Shown in pieces: positions 63,932-64,000 of a DNA stretch of 64,000 nt. Where the stretch lies: NCBI GenBank assembly GCA_041501125.1, contig JBGQNO010000003.1, forward strand, positions 2,399-66,398, read 5' to 3'. The stretch is from Candidatus Nanoarchaeia archaeon (GTDB taxonomy: Archaea; Nanobdellota; Nanobdellia; Pacearchaeales; GW2011-AR1). Below the pieces are notes generated by a model that was not told the origin of the DNA, did no database searches, and saw only the letters and a program-made list of their open reading frames with translations. The number at the start of each line of letters is the position of its first letter. The stretch's first letter is position 1. The position numbers and the translations under genes are program-made.

Positions 63932-64000
63932 ATGATAACAGGATTTACTGTAAAAAACTGGCTGAATTTGAAGCCAAATGAAGACAGCTATCTTTTTTGT
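63932..64000 (+). CDS. Start of a possible PP2C-type phosphatase (3' end outside window)
   Basis: MITGFTVKNWLNLKPNEDSYLFC; G-x-T-x-x-G..NEDS is the usual PP2C N-terminal motif. Only 23 codons are visible. Confidence 0.3.
   Translation, partial: MITGFTVKNWLNLKPNEDSYLFC

Noticed and set aside
1-64000. CRISPR arrays, rRNA genes and a reverse transcriptase/DGR (target and template repeats)
   Set aside because: Reading all spacers and ORFs by eye revealed no regularly spaced direct repeats, no rRNA-like GC-rich block and no YxDD-containing ORF. This was not verified computationally.

Overview
AT-rich archaeal chromosome segment. The gene content is archaeal: TBP, MCM, aIF2-beta, RadB, Rpo11, Kae1, L7Ae/S28e/L24e, archaeal-type PheRS, an intron-containing tRNA and TTTAAAAA-type TATA boxes. 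Small gene sizes, very short intergenic spacers, giant glycosylated surface proteins, bacterial-type gyrase and a tRNA-Ile(UAU) suggest a DPANN-like lineage; that placement is an inference, not a computed result. Most of the window is housekeeping: replication, aminoacyl-tRNA synthetases (Ser, Phe alpha and beta, His), topoisomerase I, gyrase, ribosomal proteins and 6 tRNAs. The strongest accessory signal is a 4.8-kb element at 49181-53964. It is bounded by roughly 19-20-bp terminal inverted repeats (17 bp perfect) and an 8-bp direct repeat, and it sits in the last codons of kae1. It carries a complete Type II restriction-modification pair, a zinc-finger DDE transposase and several unknown small genes. 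Other notable items: (1) a GyrA intein with an HNH-type nuclease at a GNFG/S insertion point, inside a tightly packed gyrB-HD-Zn-ribbon-gyrA operon with a palindrome-rich promoter; (2) a membrane-anchored GGDEF diguanylate cyclase with intact GGEEF and RxxD motifs, unusual in Archaea; (3) a family of conserved intergenic elements (3 clear copies) and a second family of TCAGAAATT palindromic hairpins; (4) a fragmented duplicate of the tRNA-Val 3' end beside the intact gene; (5) a surface-protein operon containing an orphan secretion-ATPase N-domain; (6) a UPF0175-like/PIN-like/SLOG three-gene operon. I found no CRISPR array, rRNA gene or reverse transcriptase. All calls come from reading the translated ORFs and the DNA by eye. 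No searches or statistics were run.
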